Below are positions 1-9,792 of a DNA stretch of 33,640 nucleotides, piece by piece. Under the pieces are notes generated by a model, which saw only the letters and a program-made list of their open reading frames with translations, was not told the origin of the DNA and searched no databases. Position 1 is the first letter of the stretch. The number at the start of each line of letters is the position of its first letter. The translations under genes were made by a program, and so were the position numbers. This DNA is from a virus: UHGV virus genome UHGV-0206080. One strand, 5' to 3'.

Positions 1-104
1 GGACTCCGGTCCTTTGTTGGCTGGCAGCTCCGGATTTTTGACCCTGCCCGCCCCATCGGTTTTTTATACCCGCGAAAAATGAAATTTAACCAGGAGTGCC
101 GCAT

Positions 105-599
105 ATGGCTGGAACGGCGGGGCGTTCCGGGCGTCGCCCCAAGCCAACGGCGCGCAAGGCGCTGGCCGGAAACCCCGGCAAGCGAGCCCTGAATAAAGAT
201 GAACCTGTTTTTACGCCCATCAAAGGTGTTGAGCCACCGGAGTGGTTCGCTGAAGAAGATCTCCCTCTCGCCACGATCATGTGGCAACTGACAACCAAAG
301 AACTCTGTGGTCAGGGCCTGCTGTGCGTGACTGACCTCGCGGTGCTTGAGCGGTGGTGCGTGGCCTACGAGTTCTGGCGACGTGCCGTGAAAAATATTGC
401 CAGACAGGGCAACACCATCATCGGTGCAATGGGCGGCAGGGTCAAAAATCCGGAGCTGACCGCCAAAAAAGAACAGGAGTCCGAGATGAACAGTACGGGG
501 GCAATGCTCGGACTCGACCCCAGCAGCCGCCAGCGTCTGATTGGCCTGGCGGGGCAGAAGAAAGCCACTAACCCGTTTCTGAAAATCATCGAATCATGA
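105..599 (+). CDS. Terminase small subunit (P27 family-like)
   Basis: ORF 96..599; ATG at 105 preceded by AGGAG (92-96); stop overlaps terL start (ATGA at 596-599); basic N-terminus [14 protein letters not shown] typical of P27-type small terminases. Confidence 0.75.
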   Translation: MAGTAGRSGRRPKPTARKALAGNPGKRALNKDEPVFTPIKGVEPPEWFAEEDLPLATIMWQLTTKELCGQGLLCVTDLAVLERWCVAYEFWRRAVKNIARQGNTIIGAMGGRVKNPELTAKKEQESEMNSTGAMLGLDPSSRQRLIGLAGQKKATNPFLKIIES

Positions 600-2329
600 G
601 CCGGAAATCTTACCCCAACGTAAATGCTGCCAATCAGTATGCCCGTGATGTCGTGCGCGGAAAGATTGTGGCCTGCCAGTTTGTGATTCAGGCCTGCCAG
701 CGCCATCTTGATGACCTGATGGAGGAAAAAAGTAAGTTGTTTCGTTACCGCTTCGACAAGGACCTGGCTGAACGGGCCGCGAAATTTATTCAGCTGTTGC
801 CGCACACCAAGGGTGAGTGGGCATTCAAGAGGATGCCCATCACGCTGGAGCCGTGGCAGCTCTTTGTGATCTGCTGTGCGTTTGGCTGGGTCAATAAAGG
901 CTCCCGGCTGCGCCGCTTCAGGGAGGTGTATACCGAAATCCCTCGTAAGAACGGCAAATCGGCAATCTCTGCCGGTGTTGCCCTGTATTGTTTTGCCTGT
1001 GATAACGAGTTTGGCGCGGAAGTGTATTCCGGTGCCACGACAGAGAAACAGGCGTGGGAAGTCTTTCGCCCGGCTCGACTGATGTGTAAACGCACACCCA
1101 TGCTGACGGAAGCGTTCGGGATTGAGGTTAACGCCTCAAACATGAACCGTCCGGAGGATGGCGCGCGGTTTGAACCGCTGATCGGTAACCCCGGTGATGG
1201 TTCATCACCCCACTGTGCGGTGGTGGATGAATATCACGAGCACGCCACCGATGCGCTTTATACCACGATGCTTACCGGGATGGGGGCGCGACGTCAGCCA
1301 CTGATGTGGGCTATCACCACCGCCGGATACAACATTGAGGGGCCGTGCTACGACAAACGGCGGGAAGTCATCGAGATGCTCAACGGTTCGGTACCCAACG
1401 ATGAACTGTTCGGGATCATCTATACCGTTGATGAAGGTGATGACTGGACCGACCCGCAGGTGCTGGAAAAAGCCAATCCAAATATTGGCGTGTCGGTTTA
1501 TCGCGAATTTTTGTTAAGTCAGCAGCAGCGTGCGAAAAATAACGCCCGTCTGGCAAACGTCTTTAAAACAAAACACCTCAATATCTGGGTGTCGGCGCGT
1601 TCGGCGTATTTCAACCTGGTGAGCTGGCAGAGCTGCGAGGATAAATCATTGACCCTTGAGCAGTTCGAGGGGCAGCCGTGCATTCTGGCCTTTGACCTAG
1701 CGCGTAAGCTGGATATGAACAGCATGGCGCGACTTTATACCCGCGAGATTGACGGTAAAACGCATTACTACAGTGTGGCCCCGCGTTTCTGGGTACCGTA
1801 TGACACGGTGTACAGCGTCGAGAAAAATGAAGATCGACGGACAGCCGAACGCTTTCAGAAATGGGTGGAAATGGGCGTTCTGACCGTTACCGATGGTGCG
1901 GAGGTGGATTATCGCTACATCCTCGAGGAGGCCAAAGCGGCGAACAAAATCAGCCCGGTCAGTGAGTCACCCATCGACCCCTTCGGGGCGACCGGGTTGT
2001 CACATGACCTTGCTGATGAAGACCTGAACCCCATCACTATCATTCAGAACTACACCAACATGTCCGATCCGATGAAAGAGCTAGAAGCGGCGATTGAATC
2101 GGGGCGCTTTCATCATGACGGCAATCCCATCATGACCTGGTGTATCGGCAACGTGGTCGGCAAAACCATTCCTGGTAACGATGATGTGGTGAAGCCTGTC
2201 AAGGAGCAGGCGGAAAACAAAATCGATGGTGCGGTTGCACTGATTATGGCGATCGGTCGGGCAATGCTCAAAGAACCCGACGATTTCCTCTCATCTCTTG
2301 ATCCGGACGATGCTCTCTTAATTCTATGA
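596..2329 (+). CDS. Terminase large subunit
   Basis: 577 aa; P-loop-like motif EIPRKNGKS; position directly after terS and before portal. Confidence 0.9.
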   Translation: MSRKSYPNVNAANQYARDVVRGKIVACQFVIQACQRHLDDLMEEKSKLFRYRFDKDLAERAAKFIQLLPHTKGEWAFKRMPITLEPWQLFVICCAFGWVNKGSRLRRFREVYTEIPRKNGKSAISAGVALYCFACDNEFGAEVYSGATTEKQAWEVFRPARLMCKRTPMLTEAFGIEVNASNMNRPEDGARFEPLIGNPGDGSSPHCAVVDEYHEHATDALYTTMLTGMGARRQPLMWAITTAGYNIEGPCYDKRREVIEMLNGSVPNDELFGIIYTVDEGDDWTDPQVLEKANPNIGVSVYREFLLSQQQRAKNNARLANVFKTKHLNIWVSARSAYFNLVSWQSCEDKSLTLEQFEGQPCILAFDLARKLDMNSMARLYTREIDGKTHYYSVAPRFWVPYDTVYSVEKNEDRRTAERFQKWVEMGVLTVTDGAEVDYRYILEEAKAANKISPVSESPIDPFGATGLSHDLADEDLNPITIIQNYTNMSDPMKELEAAIESGRFHHDGNPIMTWCIGNVVGKTIPGNDDVVKPVKEQAENKIDGAVALIMAIGRAMLKEPDDFLSSLDPDDALLIL

Positions 2330-2487
2330 AATCAATAATTGCTGATGTTATCGGGCTGGCTGGTTTTGGCCTGCTTACGTGCGGGTTTTACCTGCAGTTT
2401 GGTATGGCTCCGGCTCTGATGCTGTCCGGCGGTTTACTGCTGGTGGGCGCACTGGCTATGGCCAGAAGGGGGGCGCGTGCTGCTTGA
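2326..2487 (+). CDS. Small hydrophobic protein (53 aa, two predicted TM segments)
   Basis: ATG 2326 overlaps terL stop (ATGA); translation [53 protein letters not shown]; below the 60-aa ORF-track cutoff. Confidence 0.3.
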   Translation: MKSIIADVIGLAGFGLLTCGFYLQFGMAPALMLSGGLLLVGALAMARRGARAA

Positions 2488-3703
2488 TGCTCTGTTCAGA
2501 AGTAAATCACTGGAGAATCCTTCCACCCCGATAACCGGGGATGCCGTTGATACTGATGGGCTGTTCCGGGCAGACGTTTATGTCAGTCCTGAAACTGCGA
2601 TGAAACTGGCTGCGGTGTATTCCTGTATCTATGTCCTGTCTTCCAGCCTTGCCCAGATGCCGTTGCATGTTATGCGCAGGCACAATGGGAAGGTTGAGCC
2701 CGCACGCGATCATCCGGCGTTTTATCTGGTTCATGATGAGCCCAATACCTGGCAAACCAGTTACAAATGGCGCGAACTGAAGCAACGTCACATCCTTGGC
2801 TGGGGAAATGGGTATACCTGGGTGAAACGTAATCGTCGCGGTGAAGTCATATCCCTGGATTGCTGTATGCCGTGGGAAACGACGCTGATGAATACTGGTG
2901 GCCGATACACCTACGGTTTGTACAACGAATATGGGGCGTTTGCGATCAGCCCCGACGATATGATCCACATCCGTGCGCTGGGTAATAATCAGAAGATGGG
3001 GCTTAGTCCGATTATGCAACATGCCGAAACAATAGGCATGGGGATGAGCGGTCAGAAATACACAGAAAGCTTCTTCAGCGGTAATGCCCGTCCGGCGGGG
3101 ATAGTATCCGTTAAAAGCGGACTCAATAAGGACAGCTGGGGCTGGCTTAAAGATCAGTGGCAGAAGGCATCGCAGGCGTTACGCAGCCAGGAAAACAAAA
3201 CCATGCTGCTGCCAGCCGATCTGGATTACAAGGCACTGACTGTGTCGCCAGTTGACGCTCAAATCATTGACATGATGAAACTGAACCGTTCAATGATTGC
3301 CGGTATTTTCAATATTCCTGCGCACATGATTAATGACCTGGAAAAAGCCACATTTTCGAATATTACACAGCAGGCGATTCAGTTTGTTCGCTACACGATG
3401 ATGCCCTGGGTTGCGAACTGGGAGCAGGAGCTTAACCGTCGCCTGTTTACCCGTACAGAACGGGCTGCCGGGTATTACGTTCGTTTCAACCTCACGGGGT
3501 TGCTCCGTGGGACCCCACAGGAGCGTGCGCAGTTCTATCACTTTGCCATTACAGATGGCTGGATGAGCCGGAATGAAGCGAGGGCATTTGAGGACATGAA
3601 CCCGGTTGATGGTCTGGATGAAATGCTGGTCAGCGTAAATGCAGCAAATCCGTTGAATGATTTTAAAGATACGAAAGGCAAAGAGGAAAAGAACGATGAA
3701 TGA
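2477..3703 (+). CDS. Portal protein (HK97 family)
   Basis: 408 aa; GTG start at 2477 preceded by AAGGGGGG; position between terminase and prohead protease. Confidence 0.85.
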   Translation: MLLDALFRSKSLENPSTPITGDAVDTDGLFRADVYVSPETAMKLAAVYSCIYVLSSSLAQMPLHVMRRHNGKVEPARDHPAFYLVHDEPNTWQTSYKWRELKQRHILGWGNGYTWVKRNRRGEVISLDCCMPWETTLMNTGGRYTYGLYNEYGAFAISPDDMIHIRALGNNQKMGLSPIMQHAETIGMGMSGQKYTESFFSGNARPAGIVSVKSGLNKDSWGWLKDQWQKASQALRSQENKTMLLPADLDYKALTVSPVDAQIIDMMKLNRSMIAGIFNIPAHMINDLEKATFSNITQQAIQFVRYTMMPWVANWEQELNRRLFTRTERAAGYYVRFNLTGLLRGTPQERAQFYHFAITDGWMSRNEARAFEDMNPVDGLDEMLVSVNAANPLNDFKDTKGKEEKNDE

Positions 3704-4295
3704 CCGTGAGACGCGCTGTTACAGCGGGGAAGTGCGGGCAGAACAATATGATAATGCCCCGACCCACATTCTGGGGTATGGCTCGGTATTTAACAGTCGT
3801 TCAGAACCTCTGTGGGGATTTCGTGAAATCATCAAGCCGGGGGCTTTTGACGATGTACTGAATGATGATGTACGTGGCTTGTTTAATCATGATCCTAATT
3901 TCATTCTCGGACGAAGTTCTGCCGGCACGTTGTCATTGTCGGTGGATGAACGCGGTTTACGTTATGACATTGTTGCACCGGATACTCCGACTATTTGTGA
4001 CCTGGTGCTGTCTCCAATGTTGCGTGGTGACATTAATCAGTCCTCGTTCGCGTTTCGTGTCGCCCGTGACGGAGAGAGCTGGTATGAAGACGACGAGGGG
4101 ATTGTTATCCGGGAAATCACGCGCATTTCTCGTCTGTATGATGTCAGCCCGGTGACATATCCGGCCTATCAGGACGCAGACTCTGGTGTCCGCTCAATGA
4201 AAGCCTGGCAGGAAGCGCGGGCGAGTGGTGCGCTGAAGAAAGCTGTTAACGAACGAATGGCGCGTGAGCGCCTTTTGACCCTTCTTAATGCATAA
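3696..4295 (+). CDS. Prohead protease (HK97 family)
   Basis: ATG at 3696 with GAGGAAAA RBS, overlapping portal stop; ORF 3657..4295 immediately upstream of major capsid gene. Confidence 0.8.
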   Translation: MNDRETRCYSGEVRAEQYDNAPTHILGYGSVFNSRSEPLWGFREIIKPGAFDDVLNDDVRGLFNHDPNFILGRSSAGTLSLSVDERGLRYDIVAPDTPTICDLVLSPMLRGDINQSSFAFRVARDGESWYEDDEGIVIREITRISRLYDVSPVTYPAYQDADSGVRSMKAWQEARASGALKKAVNERMARERLLTLLNA

Positions 4296-4309
4296 GGATA
4301 CTACTGACG

Positions 4310-5527
4310 ATGAAACTTCATGAGATGAAGCAAAAACGAAACACCATTGCAAAGGATATGCGTGCACTGCATGAAAAAATTGGTGATAACGCATGGACTG
4401 ATGAGCAGCGGGCAGAGTGGAACAGGGCGAAAGCTGAGCTGGATGCGCTGGATGAGCAAATCGCCCGTGAAGAAGAGTTGCGCCGTCAGGATCAGGAATA
4501 TGTGGATGAGTCCGGGCCGGAAGAGCGCCAGAATAATGAGGCGGAGAACGGGAAAAAGGCGGTGGAAGAGAAGCGCGCTGCGGCATTTAACCGTTTTCTG
4601 CGTGCCGGATTTGCAGAACTGAATGCTGAAGAGCGTAATCTGATGCGTGAACTGAGGGCTCAGAGTGTAACAACGGATTCTCAGGGCGGATATACGGTGC
4701 CCACGCAGATGCGTAACAAAATCATTGACACCATGAAGGCTTATGGCGGGATTGCCAGTGTGGCGCAACTTCTGACCACATCAACCGGGCAGGATATCAC
4801 CTGGTCAACGTCTGATGGCACGACTGAAGAGGGCGAACTGCTGGCGGAAAATACAGCCGCAACGGAACAGGATGTGACGTTCGGGACCGCTATTCTGGGG
4901 GCTAAAAAGCTGTCATCAAAAATAATTCGTGTGTCCAATGAGCTGCTCCAGGACAGTGGGGTGGATATTGAATCTTATCTGGCAAACCGTATTGCCCAGC
5001 GTATTGGTCGTGGAGAGGCGAAATATCTGGTTCAGGGGACCGGAACTGGATCACCGTTACAGCCAAAAGGGCTGGCAGCGTCGGTGACGGGAACCATCCA
5101 GACTGCAGCCTCTGCCGCTTTCACCTGGAAAGAAATGAATGCTCTGAAACATGCCATTGATCCGGCATATCGTGGTGGGCCGAAATACCGCTGGGCATTC
5201 AATGATGCCACATTGCAAACTATTGAAGAGATGGAGGATGGACAGAAACGCCCGTTATGGCTGCCGGATATTGCAGGCGGTACGCCAGCTACTGTGCTGG
5301 GGATCCCTTATGTTATTGATCAGGCTATTGACGGGATTGGTACCGGAAAAAAATTCATTTTCCTGGGGGATTTCAACCGCTTTATCATTCGCCGCGTTAC
5401 TTATATGGAACTGAAACGTCTGGTTGAGCGTTATGCTGAGTTTGATCAGGTGGCATTTCTGGCTTTCCATCGTTTTGACTGTGTGCTGGAAGATGTGGCA
5501 GCCATCAAGGCGCTCACTGGAAAATAA
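4310..5527 (+). CDS. Major capsid protein (HK97 family) with N-terminal coiled-coil delta domain
   Basis: 405 aa; charged, heptad-like N-terminus (EQRAEWNRAKAELDALDEQIAREEELRRQ) followed by capsid-fold region; followed by intrinsic terminator. Confidence 0.85.
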   Translation: MKLHEMKQKRNTIAKDMRALHEKIGDNAWTDEQRAEWNRAKAELDALDEQIAREEELRRQDQEYVDESGPEERQNNEAENGKKAVEEKRAAAFNRFLRAGFAELNAEERNLMRELRAQSVTTDSQGGYTVPTQMRNKIIDTMKAYGGIASVAQLLTTSTGQDITWSTSDGTTEEGELLAENTAATEQDVTFGTAILGAKKLSSKIIRVSNELLQDSGVDIESYLANRIAQRIGRGEAKYLVQGTGTGSPLQPKGLAASVTGTIQTAASAAFTWKEMNALKHAIDPAYRGGPKYRWAFNDATLQTIEEMEDGQKRPLWLPDIAGGTPATVLGIPYVIDQAIDGIGTGKKFIFLGDFNRFIIRRVTYMELKRLVERYAEFDQVAFLAFHRFDCVLEDVAAIKALTGK

Positions 5528-5548
5528 CCACTCGTTGTTCAGTTACAG

Positions 5549-5570
5549 ACCGCGCCGACGCGGTTTTTTT
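5549..5570 (+). terminator. Rho-independent terminator after major capsid gene
   Basis: ACCGCG-CCGA-CGCGGT stem-loop followed by a T7 run. Confidence 0.6.
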
Positions 5571-5604
5571 ATGCCCGCACAGTGTTGCGGGCACAGGAGG
5601 TTTT

Positions 5605-5928
5605 ATGCTGTTAAAAATGGAAGAGATTAAGCTTCAGCTTCGTCTGGATGATGATTTCTCTGATGAAGATGAGTTGCTTGAACTACTTGGGAAGGCCGCT
5701 CAGAGTCGGACGGAAAACTTCCTTAACCGTACGTTGTATGCAACCGCAGATGACAGGCCTGCGGATGATCCTGATGGGCTTGTGATATCTGATGATGTGA
5801 AGCTGGCGCTCCTGCTACTTGTCAGCCATTTCTACGAAAACCGCTCAACGGTTACAGACGTTGAGAAAATGGAGTTGCCAATGAGCTTTAACTGGTTGGT
5901 TGCTCCTTATCGCCTTATACCACTATGA
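5605..5928 (+). CDS. Head-tail connector (gp6-like DNA packaging/connector protein)
   Basis: 107 aa; AGGAGG RBS; position after MCP; acidic N-terminal region typical of the family. Confidence 0.65.
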   Translation: MLLKMEEIKLQLRLDDDFSDEDELLELLGKAAQSRTENFLNRTLYATADDRPADDPDGLVISDDVKLALLLLVSHFYENRSTVTDVEKMELPMSFNWLVAPYRLIPL

Positions 5929-6335
5929 AAATTCGTCAGGCGCAGACCAGCGCAACCTACATTCTGCCTGACCCTGGCGAGCTGAATAAACGCGTCCTGA
6001 TCCGCCAGCGGGTGGATATGCCCGCGGATAACTTTGGCGTGGAGCCTCAATACCCGGTTGCGTTCCGGGCATGGGCGAAGGTTATCCAGACCAGTGCCAC
6101 CACCTGGCAGGAAACCGCGCAGATCGGAGACGCCATCACCCATTACATCACCATTCGCTACCGCCGGGGGATCACTGCTGATTATGAGGTGGTCTGTGAT
6201 GACAGTGTGTACCGGGTGAAACGTCAGCGCGATCTGAACGGGGCGCGGCGCTTTCTGCTGCTGGAGTGTACGGAACTGGGCGAATTTACGCAGAGTCACG
6301 GAGGCAGCAATGGCGACTCCCTTTTTTCACGTTGA
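5925..6335 (+). CDS. Head closure / head-tail adaptor protein
   Basis: 136 aa; start overlaps upstream stop; position and size. Confidence 0.65.
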   Translation: MKIRQAQTSATYILPDPGELNKRVLIRQRVDMPADNFGVEPQYPVAFRAWAKVIQTSATTWQETAQIGDAITHYITIRYRRGITADYEVVCDDSVYRVKRQRDLNGARRFLLLECTELGEFTQSHGGSNGDSLFSR

Positions 6336-6816
6336 TGTTCAGCAGCCCGCGGAGATGCGCTTTAACCGCGCCCGTGTCCGGCGGGCGTTTGTCACGATTG
6401 GGCAGCGTCATATGCGTGATGCCCGTCGGCTGGTGATGCGCCGTGCGCGGTCGGCACCGGGTGAAAACCCCGGTTATCAGACCGGACGCCTGGCTCGTTC
6501 GATTGGTTACATGGTGCCGAGAGCCAGTAAAAAGCGAGCCGGTTTTATGACACGCATTGCCCCTAACCAGCGCAACGGTAAGGGGAACCGGATGATCTCT
6601 GGTGACTTCTATCCGGCGTTTCTGTTTTTTGGTGTCCGGGGAGGAGCAAAACGTCGTCGTAGTCATCATCGTGGTGCATCCGGTGGCAGCGGCTGGCGGC
6701 TGGCTCCACGTAATAACTTTATGGTGGAAACGCTTGAAAAGAACCGCAGCTGGACACGCTATTTTCTGGCGCGGGAATTGCGTAAATCACTGAAGCCGGA
6801 GCGACGACACAGATGA
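6310..6816 (+). CDS. HK97 gp10-like head-tail joining protein
   Basis: 168 aa; basic protein; synteny in HK97-type head module. Confidence 0.6.
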   Translation: MATPFFHVDVQQPAEMRFNRARVRRAFVTIGQRHMRDARRLVMRRARSAPGENPGYQTGRLARSIGYMVPRASKKRAGFMTRIAPNQRNGKGNRMISGDFYPAFLFFGVRGGAKRRRSHHRGASGGSGWRLAPRNNFMVETLEKNRSWTRYFLARELRKSLKPERRHR

Positions 6817-7373
6817 AACTGACGCCTGTTATTGCTGCGCTGCGTGTCCGCTGCCCGTATTTTGAAAACCGGGTGGCAGGCGCGGCCCAGTTCAAAAATC
6901 TGCCGGAGGTCGGAAAGCTGAAACTCCCGGCGGCGTATGTGGTACCGGGGGATGATTCTCCGGGAGAAAACAAAAGCCAGACCGACTACTGGCAGGAGCT
7001 GAAAGAGGGCTTCTCCGTGGTTGTCATACTGAGTAACGGGCGTGATGAGCGCGGTCAGTTTGCCTCGTATGATGTGGTGGACGATGTCCGGCAGATGCTC
7101 TTTAAGGCCCTGCTGGGCTGGAACCCGGAAGCGTGCGGTAACCCGATTACCTATGACGGCGGCACGCTGCTGGATCTGAATCGTCATGAGCTGATTTATC
7201 AGTTCGATTTTTCGGTCATCAGCGAGCTGACTGAAGACGATACCCGCCAGCTGGATGATCTGAACAGTCTGGATGAACTGCAAACGCTGGCGATTGATGT
7301 TGATTATCTCGATCCCGGTAACGGGCCTGACGGCGATATCGAACATCACACCGAAATAACCCTTCCTTCCTGA
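6813..7373 (+). CDS. Putative neck / tail terminator protein (family not resolved)
   Basis: 186 aa; ATGA overlap with upstream gene; lies between head completion genes and sheath. Confidence 0.5.
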   Translation: MKLTPVIAALRVRCPYFENRVAGAAQFKNLPEVGKLKLPAAYVVPGDDSPGENKSQTDYWQELKEGFSVVVILSNGRDERGQFASYDVVDDVRQMLFKALLGWNPEACGNPITYDGGTLLDLNRHELIYQFDFSVISELTEDDTRQLDDLNSLDELQTLAIDVDYLDPGNGPDGDIEHHTEITLPS

Positions 7374-7381
7374 GGATCCTC

Positions 7382-7552
7382 ATGTTTGTCAAACCTGTTA
7401 AAGGGCGGTCAGTGCCTGACCCTGCCCGCGGCGACCTTTTGCCCGCCGAAGGGCGAAATGTTGACGAGAACAACTACTGGCTGCGCCGTGAAGCAGCGGG
7501 TGATATCCGGCGCGTGAATAAAAAGGTGAACACCGATGACGATAAGCTTTAA
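7382..7552 (+). CDS. Small hypothetical protein (56 aa)
   Basis: ATG 7382 preceded by GAGGA; ends overlapping sheath start; below the ORF-track cutoff. Confidence 0.3.
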   Translation: MFVKPVKGRSVPDPARGDLLPAEGRNVDENNYWLRREAAGDIRRVNKKVNTDDDKL

Positions 7553-9032
7553 CACCATTCCGTCGAATACGCTGGTTCCGCTGTTTTATGCGGAAATGGA
7601 TAACCAGGCGGCGAATACTGCACAGGACAGCGGAGCATCGCTGCTGATTGGTCATGCCAATAACGGTGCAGAGATTGTTGCCAACAGTCTGGTGCTGATG
7701 CCGTCGGCAGACTATGCACGCCAGATTTGTGGTGCGGGAAGTCAGCTGGCGCGTATGGTCGAGGCTTATCGCCAGACTGACCCGTTTGGCGAGCTGTATG
7801 TGATTGCCGTTCCTGAATCCACAGGCGCGGCGGCAACGGTTACGCTGACGGTGACCGGGGAGGCAACCGAAACCGGCACGGTGAATGTTTATGTGGGACG
7901 TACCCGCGTGCAGGCACCGGTGACCAACGGCGATAACGTCGCGACGATTGCCAGCAGTATCAAAGATGCCATCAATGCCGTTCCGACCCTGCCGTTTACT
8001 GCCTCATCTTCGGCAGGCGTGGTCACACTGACCGCGCGTCATAAGGGGCTTTGCGGGAATGAAATTCCTGTCAGCCTCAATTACTACGGCTTTGGTGGGG
8101 GCGAAGTGCTGCCAGCGGGCGTACAGATTGCCGTGGCGACGGGGAACGCCGGAACGGGCGCTCCTGTTCTCACCGGCGCGGTGGCTGCAATGGCGGATGA
8201 GCCGTTTGATTATATCGGCCTGCCGTTCAACGACACGGCCTCCGTTAACACGCTGGTGACCGAGATGAACGATACCAGCGGTCGCTGGAGCTATGCGCGT
8301 CAGCTGTATGGTCATGTGTATACGGCAAAGATCGGCACGCTGTCAGAACTGGTGACCGCAGGTGACCAGTTTAACCAGCAGCACATTACCCTGGCGGGGT
8401 ACGAAAAAGAGACCCAGACGCCTGCCGACGAGCTGGCGGCAAGCCGTACCGCCCGCGCAGCGGTGTTTATTCGCAACGATCCGGCACGTCCCACGCAGAC
8501 CGGTGAGCTGGTGGGTATGCTGCCTGCGCCGAAGGGGAAACGGTTCACGATGACCGAACAACAGACCCTGCTGTCTCATGGCGTGGCAACGGCGTATGTC
8601 GAAAGCGGGGTGCTGCGCATTCAGCGTGATGTCACCACGTACAGGAAAAACGCTTACGGTGTTGCGGATAACAGCTACCTCGACAGCGAGACGCTGCATA
8701 CCAGCGCGTATGTGCTGCGCAAACTGAAATCCGTCATTACCAGTAAGTACGGGCGTCACAAGCTTGCCAGCGACGGTACCCGCTTTGGTCCCGGTCAGGC
8801 GATTGTCACCCCGGCGGTGATCAAAGGGGAACTGCTGGCAACCTACCGTCAGCTTGAGCGTGCGGGGATCGTGGAAAACTACGAACTGTTTAAGCAGTAC
8901 CTGGTTGTGGAGCGTGATGCCAGCGATCCGAACCGCCTGAACACGCTGTTCCCGCCTGACTATGTTAACCAGTTGCGTGTCTTTGCCGTGGTTAACCAGT
9001 TCCGTCTTCAGTATTCAGAGGAGTCTGCATAA
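7536..9032 (+). CDS. Tail sheath protein (Mu gpL-like)
   Basis: 498 aa; immediately followed by a 118-aa tube gene with start/stop overlap. Confidence 0.8.
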   Translation: MTISFNTIPSNTLVPLFYAEMDNQAANTAQDSGASLLIGHANNGAEIVANSLVLMPSADYARQICGAGSQLARMVEAYRQTDPFGELYVIAVPESTGAAATVTLTVTGEATETGTVNVYVGRTRVQAPVTNGDNVATIASSIKDAINAVPTLPFTASSSAGVVTLTARHKGLCGNEIPVSLNYYGFGGGEVLPAGVQIAVATGNAGTGAPVLTGAVAAMADEPFDYIGLPFNDTASVNTLVTEMNDTSGRWSYARQLYGHVYTAKIGTLSELVTAGDQFNQQHITLAGYEKETQTPADELAASRTARAAVFIRNDPARPTQTGELVGMLPAPKGKRFTMTEQQTLLSHGVATAYVESGVLRIQRDVTTYRKNAYGVADNSYLDSETLHTSAYVLRKLKSVITSKYGRHKLASDGTRFGPGQAIVTPAVIKGELLATYRQLERAGIVENYELFKQYLVVERDASDPNRLNTLFPPDYVNQLRVFAVVNQFRLQYSEESA

Positions 9033-9388
9033 TGGCCCGTATCGGGGGAACCTGTTATTTCAAAATTGACGGTCAGCAGCTATCGCTGACCGGCGGCATT
9101 GAGGTGCCCATGAACAGGACGGTAAATGATGACATCATCGGCCTGGACGGTTCAGTGGACCGCAAGGAAACTCACCGTGCACCTTATGTCAAAGGGACCT
9201 TCAAGGTGCCGAAGAATTTTCCGGTGAGCAAAATCACCTCGTCTGATGAGATGACCATCACTGCCGAGCTGGCGAACGGTCAGGTCTATGTATTGTCGTC
9301 TGCCTGGCTGCACGGTGAAGCGAACCATAATGCCGAAGAAGGCACGGTTGATCTTGAGTTCCACGGTGAAGAAGGGGATTACCAGTGA
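9032..9388 (+). CDS. Tail tube protein (Mu gpM-like)
   Basis: 118 aa; ATG overlaps sheath stop; canonical sheath-tube order. Confidence 0.75.
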   Translation: MARIGGTCYFKIDGQQLSLTGGIEVPMNRTVNDDIIGLDGSVDRKETHRAPYVKGTFKVPKNFPVSKITSSDEMTITAELANGQVYVLSSAWLHGEANHNAEEGTVDLEFHGEEGDYQ

Positions 9389-9708
9389 TTGAGCTTGTAC
9401 TTAAAAAACCGATCATCGCCCACAAAGAAACACTGCATGTGCTGGAAATACGTGAGCCTACGTATGACGAGATTGAGGCGCTGGGGTTCCCTTTCTCTGT
9501 TTCGCCTGATGGTGGTATGAAAATGGACAGTCAGGTGGCGCTGAAATATATCCCGCTTCTGGCCGGGATCCCGCGCTCGTCTGCAGCGCAGATGACGAAG
9601 CTGGATATTTTCAAGGCAGGCATGATTGTAATGCGTTTTTTTACCGGCTTGGAGACGGAAGAGACCTCCGGAAGCGATTCTACAATGTCGCGTGGTTCTG
9701 GAAATTAA
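9385..9708 (+). CDS. Tail assembly chaperone, with predicted -1 frameshift extension to 9800
   Basis: 107 aa ORF between tube and tape measure; T7 slippery run at 9636-9642; -1 frame stays open for 52 codons and ends at the tape measure start. Confidence 0.6.
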   Translation: MIELVLKKPIIAHKETLHVLEIREPTYDEIEALGFPFSVSPDGGMKMDSQVALKYIPLLAGIPRSSAAQMTKLDIFKAGMIVMRFFTGLETEETSGSDSTMSRGSGN

Positions 9709-9792
9709 ACCCCCTTGAACTTCGCAGGACGGCTATTTCCCACTTTGCTGATCTGGAGGCAGAGGCCGTCCGTATAAATGAGGAGATGAAGC

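Noticed and set aside
8004-8759. Minus-strand ORFs (103, 78, 138 aa) within the tail sheath gene
   Set aside because: Antisense to a well-supported structural gene in GC-rich DNA; Arg/Pro-rich translations with no start context.
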